Source: Eledone cirrhosa
Taxonomy: Eukaryota
Assembly (NCBI GenBank): GCA_964016885.1
Contig: OZ024740.1
Location: 149,296,001-149,360,000, forward strand
Direction: 5' to 3'
DNA: 64,000 nt
Shown here one piece after another: positions 52,228-64,000 of the stretch. The notes below the pieces were generated by a model that searched no databases, had not been told where the DNA came from, and worked only from the letters and a program-made list of their open reading frames with translations. How positions within the stretch are numbered: the first letter of the stretch is position 1; each line of letters begins with the position of its first letter. The position numbers were made by a program, and so were the translations under genes.

Positions 52228-53245
52228 ATGTATATATATGTATATATATATATATATGTATGAGTATATATATATATATATTACTTTTATATTCTTTTAA
52301 TTTCCCCTCATCTTTAACAGCACTTTTCAACTGCATCTAACTCTTATTTATCATATCTATATGTATTAGTATAATTTTATCAATATAAATATACCCATTA
52401 ATTAAATTAATTTATATTCTTTTCATAGATGTATTTTTTTCACTAACATTCTTATCTTAAAACTTTAGTCACCTTAGATATTTGTATTGGCATTACTATT
52501 TTATAACAGCAACTGCTTGTATACCTTTTACTGACCACCTGACCTATTTTCACCCCTAAAATAAGCTTCAATTACTACTATTTTACCATTTGGCCAATTA
52601 TTAACTTTCTATTGGTTAATTCTAAACCTCTTACCAAACAGACAGAATATATTAGATCTTTGTTGGTTTTATTCAATGAAAAAATAAAATTATTTCTGAG
52701 GTCAGCATAAGACCTATTTCTTCCCTAAAATAATCCTTCATTCATAATATTCTTTTCCATCCAAAACTGAAATCTACCTTCCTCTACCCATAATTTAAGG
52801 TTCTTCTACTACTATATTACTATCCTGACCCTCACTATCTCTCTATTGGTCAATTCAAAACCTGTTCCCAAACAGACCTATTGTATTGAATCTTTGTTTT
52901 TTTTCAATAAACAAATATCATTATTTCTGAAGACAACATATATATGTGTAGGTATGTATATTCCCTCTGATAGTTTGTATAAATATTGTACATAGATCTA
53001 TAGAATATGCATACCAACTCTAACACATATATATCCTAGAAACGATCGTAAAATGATGAATTTTTTTAATATAAGGAACTGTTTCTTTGTTTATTCATTA
53101 TTTTATTAATTTATCTTGACTCTGTTTTCCGTTTATTTTTCACCGAAAGTAGTTTTTGAATGCATCTTCTCTTTTCATGATATCCGGATTACATTGAGTT
53201 CTTCATACGGATTGGACACTACCGTAAACTTTTGGTAGATTTATC

Positions 53246-53281
<36 letters not shown>

Positions 53282-53289
53282 ATAGAAGG

Positions 53290-53340
53290 AGCTTCTACAG
53301 GACTAGTACTGTTTCATTCAGATGAAATCTTCAGGAAGCT
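53290..53340 (-). ncRNA. Type I hammerhead ribozyme (family B)
   Basis: Exact reverse complement of 54622-54672. Confidence 0.85.
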
Positions 53341-53555
53341 GGGTGTCATATTAAGTTCTGGTATTTATACATTTAGGTAGTGGTAAGGGATGGGGGTGGC
53401 TGGGGGGGGGGGGGGGGTAGGATGGTATTTAGATACACAGGACCACAACATGGCACAGACCGTTTTTTCTTTGGGGAGTGGTCAATTAGCCGGAGTGTGC
53501 ATATATATGTGTATGTATATATATATATATATATATATAGTTTTAATATAGATGA

Positions 53556-53604
53556 GATTCTACAGGACTAGAACTGTTTCATTCATTTGAAATCATCAGA
53601 AATC
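53556..53604 (-). ncRNA. Type I hammerhead ribozyme (family B)
   Basis: Minus strand gattt-CTGATGA-tttc aaat gaat-GAAA-cag ttctagtc ctgt-A-gaatc. Confidence 0.8.
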
Positions 53605-53607
53605 ATC

Positions 53608-53658
53608 AGATTCCTGATGATTTCAAATGAATGAAACAGTTCTAGTCCTGTAGAATCT
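53608..53658 (+). ncRNA. Type I hammerhead ribozyme (family B)
   Basis: agattc-CTGATGA-tttc aaat gaat-GAAA-cag ttctagtc ctgt-A-gaatct. Confidence 0.85.
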
Positions 53659-53740
53659 CATCTATATTAAAACTGTTATACTCTGCTATGTATTGAGTAC
53701 CTTACTTACTGTGGTTACCTCCGATTCAACCCGGAATAAC

Positions 53741-53788
<48 letters not shown>

Positions 53789-54374
53789 ATATATGTATAT
53801 ATATATATATATATATATAGATAGATATAGATAGATGTTTGTATGTATGTGTTTGTGTGTGTGTATGTATGTGTATGTATGTATGTGTGTGTATATGTAT
53901 GTATATATATGTATGTATAGTATAGTTTATACCGAGAGACATACATACATGTATATGTATATATATATATATGTATATATATATGTAGATATGTATGTGT
54001 GTGTATGCATATATGTGTGTGTATGTGTATGCGTGTGTGTGTATATGTGTGTGCATGTGCTTTTTTGTGTGTATATATATATATATATGTATAGATATAC
54101 ATATATATGTGTGTGTAAGTGTTTATGTATGTGGTTGTGAGTATGTAAATATATTTTATTATTTTATTCTTTTCATTCGACAAAAACACTCTGGCCACCT
54201 GTAGCTTGTATGTTAACTTGACCACTCACCTTAGAACAATGGTCTGTGCCATGATTCGGTCTTGTTTATCTTCTAATACCAACCCACCTAAAAACAAAAA
54301 TTTCCCTACTATATATCTGTTGAATTCTTGGGGTTTTTATTTATTTTTATTTATTTATTTATCTATTTATTCAT

Positions 54375-54405
<31 letters not shown>

Positions 54406-54621
54406 CTTATTTATTTACTTATTCTTTTCCTTTTCTTTTTATTTTACAAAAGCACTCCGACTAATTGACCCCCCCCCCCCCAAAAAAAAAAACGGTCTGT
54501 GCCATGTTGTGGTCCTGTGTATCTAAATACCATCCTACCCAAAAAATTCCCCCACCCCCAGCCACCACCCCTCCATTACCACTACCTAAATGTATAAATA
54601 CCAGAACTTAATATGACACCC

Positions 54622-54672
54622 AGCTTCCTGAAGATTTCATCTGAATGAAACAGTACTAGTCCTGTAGAAGCT
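54622..54672 (+). ncRNA. Type I hammerhead ribozyme (family B)
   Basis: agcttc-CTGAAGA-tttc atct gaat-GAAA-cag tactagtc ctgt-A-gaagct; predicted cleavage after 54666. Confidence 0.87.
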
Positions 54673-54758
54673 CCTTCTATACAATAAATATATTTTACTC
54701 TGCCATGTATTGAGTACCTTACTTACTGTGGTTATCCCCGACTCAACCAGGGACCTAC

Positions 54759-54839
<81 letters not shown>

Positions 54840-55620
54840 GTATATTCGTGTGTTTGCTCCTGTGTGTATATTCGTGTCTGTAGCGCATGTGTGTGTACTT
54901 GTGTGTCTACGAGTGTGTGTCTAATTTACATGAGATATTTAGGGTCTGCTGATTCAAACTGCAGTTTTATTTTAACATTTCAGCAGGACTATATCATCGA
55001 ATTCGGCTTTCAGATTCTCAGGTTATTGAGTAAGCTTTCATGTAGATTTGTTTCGTGTAACCTCATAAATATTTTTATTTCGTCTTTATAAGATAAGCAG
55101 ACATGGTGTTCTTTGGTTGATTCAATCCATTATGCCACAGCAGTTTCGTGGAATTGAATTATAGGTGGTATAAGTTCTGTAGATTGCTTGCTCTCGTATG
55201 TTATGCATTAAAAACAGGATTCTTCTTTAAAATTCTGGAAAGAAAATTTGGGCATAATGGGTGATGAGAATTGTGGAGTTTTTCTGTAATACTGTGCCTT
55301 CACTATGGGGTGGTACTAATGTTTCCTCTTTTTTTATATGCCTCCTAAATGCGCTTTGTATTTGCTCGAAAGTTTAAGTGTGGCAATGATGGAACTAGCT
55401 ATTGTGCTAATGAAGAGGACATTTGAAAGAGTGCTTTGTAATGCCTATGTAGTTTGTTCATGTGGTTTATTCATGTGGCAAACACTCCATATTTCATTAA
55501 TAGCATATACTAACGCTATAGGAACATACGCACGCATACACACATACAAGCACACATGCATACACACATAGACAGACACAAACACACACACACAGACACA
55601 CAGACATATATAAATATATA

Positions 55621-55707
<87 letters not shown>

Positions 55708-55850
55708 TACGTAGACAACGGAGCATACGTGCATAAACACCTGCACAGTGTCGTATTTGTGACAGTATCGTATTAGCTCAATGTATAAAAACAGAGCCGT
55801 TATAGATAAAATAAATCAAAGAACGCCTAAATACTCATACATTTTTTATT

Positions 55851-55897
55851 CGCTAACAATGTTTCACACATACCGTGGGGCAGGAATCATCAGAGCG
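55851..55897 (-). ncRNA. Type I hammerhead ribozyme (additional family)
   Basis: Minus strand cgct-CTGATGA-ttcc tgcc ccac ggta tgtgt-GAAA-c att gt-T-agcg followed directly by AATAAA; stem II is imperfect. Confidence 0.65.
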
Positions 55898-56215
55898 TTA
55901 TAAACAAAAATATATTGCTGAATATAAGCTCTACCAAGCTTAGTCACCAGAACAGTAGAGAAAGATACAGGATAATAAGAGGGAGATTGGATATGAGAAG
56001 GATGGAGAGAATGCGTGATTGGGCTGCTAGTCAACATTATAGCAAAACATGAGAATACAAGAATACAGGCAGATTTTCTCACAAGAGACTGAGGCATGTG
56101 AAGGCACACAAAAGCAACAAAAGAGTGTATGCATTGGTTACTATAGAAGACAGGTGATTTAGTTTCCCGTGACTAAAGTGGTGACAGTCAAGTTTGCAAT
56201 ATATATATATATATT

Positions 56216-56460
56216 TATTGTTATACTTTGGGAGGGTCATGTTGCCAATAAGAAACACACGCACCAGTTGCTTTCACTTCAATTTAATTTAATATATATT
56301 TATAAATTTACAAATTTATAAATTTCTGGTTGGTTGGTTGGTTCCACAACCAGATAGTTGTTTCTTATTGGCAACATGACCCTCCCAAAGTATAACAATA
56401 TCGGTTTCAACACACGATTTCAGATAAAGAATCTTGCTAAACAAATTCAGAAACGAAATA
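56216..56460. repeat. Dispersed repeat with 42-bp perfect inverted repeat (56216-56257 / 56359-56400)
   Basis: Same family as 13480-13800 and 32821-33116. Confidence 0.82.
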
Positions 56461-56468
56461 TATATATT

Positions 56469-56540
<72 letters not shown>

Positions 56541-56561
56541 ATATATATATAGTCAAGTTTG

Positions 56562-56647
<86 letters not shown>

Positions 56648-56671
56648 CAAACTTGACTATATATATATAAA

Positions 56672-56735
<64 letters not shown>

Positions 56736-56789
56736 CAAACTTGACTATATATATATACAGACTTGTCGGTCAAGGTGATCAAGGTGATA

Positions 56790-57880
56790 TATATATAGGC
56801 TTTTAATGCCACGTGTATAGAATTCTTTAGTCGATTTAGTCTCATTTCGACTTCTCTTGAAGTAAGTCTTAATGTGTGTGTGTTTATTTGTTTATTTATT
56901 TGTCACTAGTTGGTTGTTTGTTCTATCTGCGTGTGTCTGGATTGTTTTGTTAGCTTGGCTTTTGTGTGTCTGTATATCTTCATTGTGTCCTTAATTACTA
57001 GTTATGATGTTGTTATTCCACTCATGTTTTCTGTTTAATTTTGGTTGGAGTTCGTTTATGTTAGTCGCCTCTGAGTATTGCATCATTTCTGTGTGGATAT
57101 AATTTTTATCTCTATTTTCTCTAATGTGCCCCTATGTTCTATTTTGGCATGTTGGTGGAGTACTGATGAGTTTTTCCAATCCTCGAGTTCTCGCCAGTTT
57201 TCACTTATCCTTTCTCCTATGCTACGGACTGTTTCACCTATGTATGTTATGTTCTTATTCTTACATTGTACCTCATTACATCTTATGCTATATACTACGT
57301 TCTTAGTTTTGCAGTTAGTTTGCGGGATTAGTTTGCGGACTATGCATTTCCTATCAGTACAGAGGGATCTTTGAAATGGGTATGTTTTACTAATTAGGGT
57401 TTTATGGGAATACCTGGTCTTTCAACTATCTTAATATTTAATTTGAGCTTGTCTAGGGACCTTCTAAATCTGTAAGTTAGTTCACCTCTAGGGGTTGTAT
57501 TGACGAACATTACACTCTGGTATTTATTGCTATCATATCATGAGTTAATTTTATTAGCCTTCTTTCTAATTCTTTCTATTCTGTTCCAAAATGTGCTCCT
57601 ATACAAGGGGCAAGTCCCGTTTGCATCATTCTCTATAATGTTTGCCCATTTGGTACTAGCTCCTTTATATACCCTGATCTTATCTCTCTGATTGTAGCCC
57701 GAGAACTGCATGCGGTGGATGAAGTGTTGTATGTGTCTCTCTAATTCTTTGGGGTTGCACATGCGGGACACGTTCCTCATTACTCTTACTATGTCCGCAA
57801 TCAGTATATTGCGGACTGGTATGCATGCGTGGCTGCTGGTCTCCCATAAACAACCTTGTCCGGACTTTCTATGTGCAGAG
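56790..57880 (-). mobile_element. Second Penelope-like family: RT C-terminus + GIY-YIG remnant
   Basis: NILIADIVRVMRNVS...HFIHRMQFSGYNQ..., then NCKTKNVVYSIRCNEVQCKNKNITYIGETVRSIGERISE. Confidence 0.75.
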
Positions 57881-57964
57881 CCCATGGCCCTTCGTGACCG
57901 AAGGGGGTCTTTACCCTATATATATGTGTGTATGTATGTGTGTTTGTGTGTGAGTCTGTGTATG

Positions 57965-58470
57965 AATGTATGCCTTGCTAACCTCATGATAGCCTCCTCT
58001 AATTTACTTTTACATCACTCCACATGAACTCTCTTGCACTCATTTACGAATCCCTTATTTTTAGTGATATTGTTCTTTCCTTTATTTCTTTCCAGAATCA
58101 TTTTCCTCACTCCTCACGCACAATCACTTTCATACTTCCTCAACACATGATCTGGCTATCGCATTCCATTTCGTTTTACATTATTCACCAGTGGCTCTAT
58201 TCACACTATACTCTGCAATTCATGGTTTGTCTTTCTCTCTTTCAGCGATACTCGGCTCATTCACCGAAACATTCTCTTTTCTGTATTTTTCAGCCTTCTC
58301 TGCTTCTCCACGTTCATCACCTATGCCACGCTCCTATACATCATGCCATTTCTTACACATGCAATCAACGCTTTACTTTTAAGATCAACGCCACTCCCCT
58401 CCTCATTAGCACACCTCTCAGTTCTCGAAAATTCTTTCATGCAAACCTCACTCTAGTCACTGTCGCATTT
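57965..58470 (-). mobile_element. Decayed RTE-like LINE 3' fragment
   Basis: The minus strand gives degenerate E.RMFR.MSRVSLKERKTNHELQS...KRNGMR..DHVLRK.ESD, typical of the RTE C-terminus. Confidence 0.55.
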
Positions 58471-59399
58471 ATTTGTACAGTTTGAAAACTCTTGTTTTAT
58501 GATTAAATTGGTTAAAATTCAAATCGCTTTTTTAGGTACTTCCTCCTAGGTACGATATCGTCGTCGTCATAGACTTGCTTAGGGATCGATGCTAACAAGA
58601 TGACTGTCGTTCAATAATTCACGATATTTGCTGAGTTTAGTTCATCCACAAGCCAACTTTTGGAATGGGACCTTCCAATCAAATCACACTATCACAACGT
58701 GCGCTGGCGGTATTTTCTCTACCCCACATTCTGTTAATTATGGGTTCGGTTTTGTTCCCCATCTTCTTCCTTCTCAACCTCAATGTCCATCAAGGAATCA
58801 TATCCCATAAGATTCATCACCATTCATTCAACCATACGTATGTCCAATCAAGTGCCATCCACATGCAATCTTGACACCTCACGTAAGCTTGTATTAATTT
58901 CATGAACAGTGACTTTGAAAGCACAGAAATAGAATCATCACGATCACTTTAATAGCTAAACCTCACAATAACCGAGAAATTCTCACGGAGAGAACATATT
59001 TTGAATATAGCTAGGACCACAATCTCCTGCTCCTCAGTGTCAGAAAACACTTCATCTCATTACAACTAATGGTCTTCAACAATACTCAGATGAGACCCGC
59101 AATGAAGAATTGCTCCCACATCTAAGACAGCTGCTAATATTCAGACTGACATTCAAGACCGCATTCAGAAAAAAATCATTCATTGAAACTCAAGATCCCA
59201 GGATCCGCACTACCCACTAGAACAAGTCCTTTATGTACAACAATGTGGTTCTCTGGAACTTTCTTTCAGTTCGTGTCTTTCCGAATGGATTTGACCTGTA
59301 GAACATCAATAGTTTCGATCTCTCCAGTTTCGGAGGGTCTCTAAATTTATTCAGCTCTGTCCCATTTTACAGGCCTATCAAATAAAATACACTGAGAAG

Positions 59400-61020
59400 G
59401 GATACAGATCAGAGAAAACTAACAAAACAAAAATGCACAATACATAAGAAGAGACGTGGATTAAATGGCTAATAGCACCTCAGATATGGTCCATCACCAG
59501 CAAGAAAATCCTTAAAACTTTAAAATCTACGAACAACCGGAAAACATCAGGAATAGACATGATCTTAAACTCCGGCTGAAACAACTGACCCGTGTCCATG
59601 TATATTTAGCAACAGCATACAAAGAAATGATAAGCAAACCAGAATCAGCATCTGAGTGGATGCTGAAAGGGAAAACAACTCTAATCCCCCAAAACAGAAT
59701 CACCATACATCCCAAAAACTTATGAGCCTATCAACAACATATAAAACACCTTCATCAATAATATGCAACCGGTTGATTACACATCTAGAAAATAACAATG
59801 TCTTACCAACAAACCAAAACGGATGTTGGAAAGGAATGTATGCTTGTAAATAGCACCTACCGGGGAATCGAGCGGTTATAGAAGACTAAAAGAGAGGAAA
59901 TCAAAACTCAGTAAGGCATAAATAGACTAACAAAAAGCATTCCACACTTTTGGATACTAAAGTCGTCGTCTTCTTCTTCTTCTTCTTCTTCTTCTTCTTC
60001 TTCTTCTTCTTCTTCTTCTTCTTCTTCTTCTTCTTCTTCTTCTTCTTCTTCTTCTTCTTCTTCTTCTTCGCCCACTTATTCCTGACAGGGTCATGGATGA
60101 AGAGTCCTCGAACACTCCTTCTATCGGGTCCTGTCAGAAGCAACCGTCTCCAACTGATCCGACTGGATCCCCAAGAGTCAAGCTCATGGTTGTTATTCAA
60201 ATCTCTTGCACGAGGTCTAACGCTGGAACTCTTTCCGGTTGGTTTTGCCTGTAAAATCTATCCAGCCATTCTTTCCTGAGACATTCTAACCACATGCCCA
60301 TAATATCGGAGCCGGGCTCTCTTAATTCGGAGAAGTAGCGGTTCTACCTGGAATGACTCTCTGATCTCGAAGCTATGCACTCTATCGAGTAACGTTACTC
60401 CAAAGACCCTTCGAGGGAACCCGATTTATTAGAAGAGGGGATACAAATCCTTCATTGATGAAGTCACTGCAGCATTAGATGTAGTTAAGACGGAGTCATA
60501 TGTCCTGATGAGAGACTTCAATGCATATGTTAACACTGACCACCAGACAGGGAAAAGAGTGATTGAAAGGAACGGCAACCTCGATTTAAATACGAATGTT
60601 CTAGCAAATGATTCTCTATTATGAACACCTTCCAGCACAGCGACATCCATATAAATATACATGGTATAAGGGGAGTAGGGTCGGAGAGTAATCATTGATC
60701 TTGTTATTATCTCAGATCTCTTCGATTTGGTGTTGGATGTTTGTGTTAAGAGAGGGGCCGAACTGTTATCTGCAACTTGAGACTACCTAAAGCCAAAGAA
60801 GCCGACAAAACTAGCAGGTCAAGTACGCCCTACATGATAAAGAGGGAAGCGTTGGTGGATACGGACGTCACGACCAGGTATGAATATATAATATTGCATC
60901 CAAATTCAGAGAACTCCCTGAGCACACTGAGAACGTTGAGACAGAGTGGATACTAAAGTCTCTCCACAAAAGCAAAGAAGCTTAAACACCACAGAATTAT
61001 ATAAGGCATGGTATGACAAA
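59400..61020 (+). mobile_element. Decayed R4-clade RT fragment, interrupted by the RTE insertion
   Basis: LKQLTRVHVYLATAYKEMISKPESASEWMLKGKTTLIP...LSTTYK..SSIICNRLITHLENNNVLPTNQNGCWKG.YACK...PHFWILKSL; the last motif is reconstituted across the TSD. Confidence 0.75.
59965..60946 (-). mobile_element. RTE-clade LINE insertion with (GAA)n tail, inverted 5' segment and 14-bp TSD
   Basis: (TTC)n at 59969-60069. The minus strand 60070-60427 encodes FPRRVFGVTLLDRV...RARLRYYGHVVRMSQERM. The plus strand 60428-60946 encodes an APE remnant (VLMRDFNAYV, MNTFQH, TWY, VKRGAEL). TGGATACTAAAGTC occurs at 59951-59964 and 60947-60960. Confidence 0.85.
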
Positions 61021-61272
61021 ATAGAAAACTACTGTATTATTACAAAACAAAGAATGTATTAATAAAACCATCCCTATAACTATAAGAATAGGAATTTTCA
61101 AAGAAGACTCGTTATCGCCCTTTTGCCTTACTTTGATTCACTTAAAAAACTGCAGAATGAAATCACTATAGAACACAGGTGATATCGACAAAATATGACA
61201 AACGATGCTACACTCACCCCAGAAAGTATAGTGGTGTATCTGATGATTCAGTAAAACTTGAATAGAAATATC

Positions 61273-61637
61273 CATAATAATCGTTTCTGATTTAAGCACA
61301 AGGCCACCAATTTGGCGAGAGGAGAAAGTCAATTAAATCGACCCCAGTGCATTACTGGTACTTTATTTTATCGACCACGTAAGGACATAAGGCAAAGCTA
61401 ACCTCGGCGGGATTTGGACACAGTACGTAAAGAGAAGTTACTCTATGCTGCAAAGCATGCTGTCTGACTTTCTACCGATACTGCCAATCCACGGTCCTCT
61501 GACAATCTAATCCAATAATAATGATAAAGATAATAATTATTTCTACTTTAGGCACAAGGCCAGCAATTCTTTGGTCAATTAGATTGACCCCAGTGCATTA
61601 CTGGTGCTTATTTTATTGACCCCGTAAGGATGAAAAT
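61273..61637 (-). mobile_element. Two tandem tRNA-derived SINE copies (one full, one 3' part)
   Basis: 61273-61493 and 61535-61637 match the family consensus. Confidence 0.85.
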
Positions 61638-61651
61638 AAAATGAATAGCAA

Positions 61652-64000
61652 TGCTTTCTTTATTAAACACACTGGCATGGTATTAAGCAGACAATTTAGA
61701 CAGTACAGGAAGATACAGTGTGGGGGGGTGTAAAGAATATTTATAACAAAGACTAAAAAAATAAACATTTACAAAATCAAACATAAGAAATTCCCCAAAA
61801 AAGAGGAGATCTCTAAGAGTCACTCGTGGAGAAAGCCCACGAAAAGACACGGTTACCCTGACCACGAGGTCAAGTACTCTCTCCCACTTGTCCTACTTCA
61901 ATTTACAGGCGCATACTGAGAGCAGACCCATTCACTCGGATCATGCTCGCCACTGTCACCCATATTTCAACAGATTGGTTGGAAGGCAGCACATCCTTCT
62001 CCACCCTGATTTCTGTCTTCAGTTATAACCTGAAAAAAAATAATCAGAGTTTCGCCGAAAAGGAATGTGTTTGTTTTCAACTCTTTCAAAGACATCCAAT
62101 ACACTACCTCTTTCACCATGGTCACCAGGCAGATAAAACTGTCTCATTTCTCTCTAAAGGAAGACGACGGGGTGATCTTCACATAAACCCACAAGTCAAC
62201 AATACTCGGATAATGGACAAGTGCATGTAGGAAGCTTTCGTCGCCCTACACGCATTTCGAACAGACCCGAATTACGGCACTTCCAAGCCTGTAGAGTGTA
62301 TCTCGAACTGGCAATGCTTCCTGGTAGCATTACCAGGCTAGGGATTTCTGCAAGGTGTCCATGGGTCCTGGGCCAAAATCCTCCGGAAAAAGTGGCTAGT
62401 TAATTTTCGTCGACGCCCAGTGTCACACCAAGTTGGAGATTCCACGATCGTTCAACCCGATTGGCTGAGGTCTACGAGTACTTGGAAACATTACAGTTTC
62501 CAAGCGCCCCCTTTCGGTCTTCGCTTGACCTAGGACCGCAGCAATTTCAAGGACATGGGTGGTGGAAACATGTGCCTAGAAAACAGCGACTTCACCTGTT
62601 CACCGTAAAGGTTAAACTGGAGATAAAATAGCCTTAGCACATGGTTGCATATCATCAGACACGGCATGCTCTTCCTCCATGTAGCGGGTGTTGGCAAATG
62701 AACCACCTGGCCATCAAAATGTGTCTCTTCCACAAAAAAACGAAACATCTAACGCTACAGTTCTGTTAAACTAAGACGAGGAAAAGTTCCGATGGTCAAT
62801 CGGTAATAGGTGACAGAGGCGATGAACGCGTTCGCCACCTCTGTCTGACCTTTCAGAGTTAGCCTCCTCTCGGTCCATTTCTGAGTGAGGATGTCCACCC
62901 TTGTTAATATCTCGTCTCAAGTTTTGTCTACTTGGAAGTCTGGACCACACTAGACCCCGACCAATTTAAACAGACCGTCTGTCCAATGTCGGCGACGCTG
63001 TTGGACGGCATGGTTTTGCCTCTCCAGTTACCGAGCGGCAGAGTTAGCGACTTTATTTAGTTAATTTTTGCCCCTGTTATCACTTCGTTTTCCCCAAGAG
63101 CGGTGCCATCTACTGAATGTGTTTGCTATTCGACACAACACCGGGCATGTCATCGGCATATGCTAACGCGGATCTTCCACTGTAGTGTTTCAAAAATCAA
63201 CAGAGACGAGAGTGTACAAAGTTGGCTGATCGAGCGCATGATGTTGAACTGTTTCTAGAGGTGGCCGTTCACTCTGAACACAGTGCAGATGTCGCTGTGC
63301 ATTGCAGCGATCCATCCTCTGGAAACAGACTCGAAGTTGACTGTCTTGATGCCAGCTACCACGTATCAATGGTCGGCCCTATCGAAAGTTTCCGATTGAT
63401 CTACGTTGATCAGTGCCTCAACTGTGCCAGGTTCCTTTGGTACCTTCTATATGATGTAGCCCATAAGGTAGGGGTTACCGTCGATCTGTCTGTTTCTCTC
63501 TGGAATGGCACCGCCGCCAACAAACCCCAACCTCGTCACTAGCACACTGGTCAAACTTTTATACTCTGCGTTTAGCAGAATTATAGGCCTGAAATTATCT
63601 ATAATGTTATTTTTCGTTTGTTTGTTTCCTTTCTCAGCAGCTGAAATCCATCCCTCGATCCAACCCGCCATTGCTCCCGAACATTTGAGCGGCCACCTCT
63701 AGAAACAGTTCAACATCATGCGCTCGATCAGCCAACTTTGTACACTCTCATCTCTGTTGATTTTTGAAACACTACAGTGGAAGATCCGCGTTAGCATTGT
63801 CGCTGAAAAACTGCACACATCCGCTTGGGATCGTGTACCATGCACCCGTGCCCGGCTAAATACCGGATTGTGGGTTTGTTTCAACGCTATGCGTCCGCCA
63901 CTCGAGCTCATCAAATGACTGCGTCTCCTCGTGTCTAAGAGCGCGCGCTCTAGCTCCGACAACGCAGCCTTTGTGTTTTGCGTTGAAGAATTGGCCGAGA
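61652..64000 (-). mobile_element. Older, decayed Tx1-like element (3' UTR and ORF2), runs off window end
   Basis: Same 3' terminus (aatgctttctttattaa on +); homologous 3' UTR and ORF2 (NFRPIILLNAEYK, AYADD region) with many indels. Confidence 0.88.

Noticed and set aside
52960-53055. GAAACGATCGTA hammerhead-like 3' half
   Set aside because: No matching CUGANGA or stem I.
54850-55500. Possible further Penelope RT remnant on minus strand
   Set aside because: Only faint similarity by eye; too decayed to call.

Overview
AT-rich, microsatellite-dense eukaryotic (metazoan) DNA. The SINE, LINE and microsatellite make-up suggests an octopus-like cephalopod, which is an inference. No host gene could be supported, and the window is a mosaic of mobile elements. 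The centre (about 18.8-32.7 kb) is an (AAT)n-linked array: a tRNA-derived SINE, two head-to-tail ~6 kb Tx1-like L1-clade retrotransposons (the second with an open 1139-aa APE-RT-CCHC ORF2), and an RT-less R4/Dong-like derivative. Also present are a decayed near-full-length CR1, a mariner fragment, several Penelope-like (GIY-YIG) remnants, R4 and RTE fragments, many SINE copies and several long inverted repeats. The ORF track does not show the most striking signal: about 13 type I hammerhead-ribozyme motifs, folded by hand, in about 6 sequence families. They include two with long extended stem II and a symmetric four-ribozyme palindromic cassette at 53.3-54.8 kb with compensatory stem I changes. 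An RTE insertion with a 14-bp TSD and an inverted 5' part (twin-priming geometry) sits inside an R4 RT remnant. All folds and alignments were done by eye and no searches were run.
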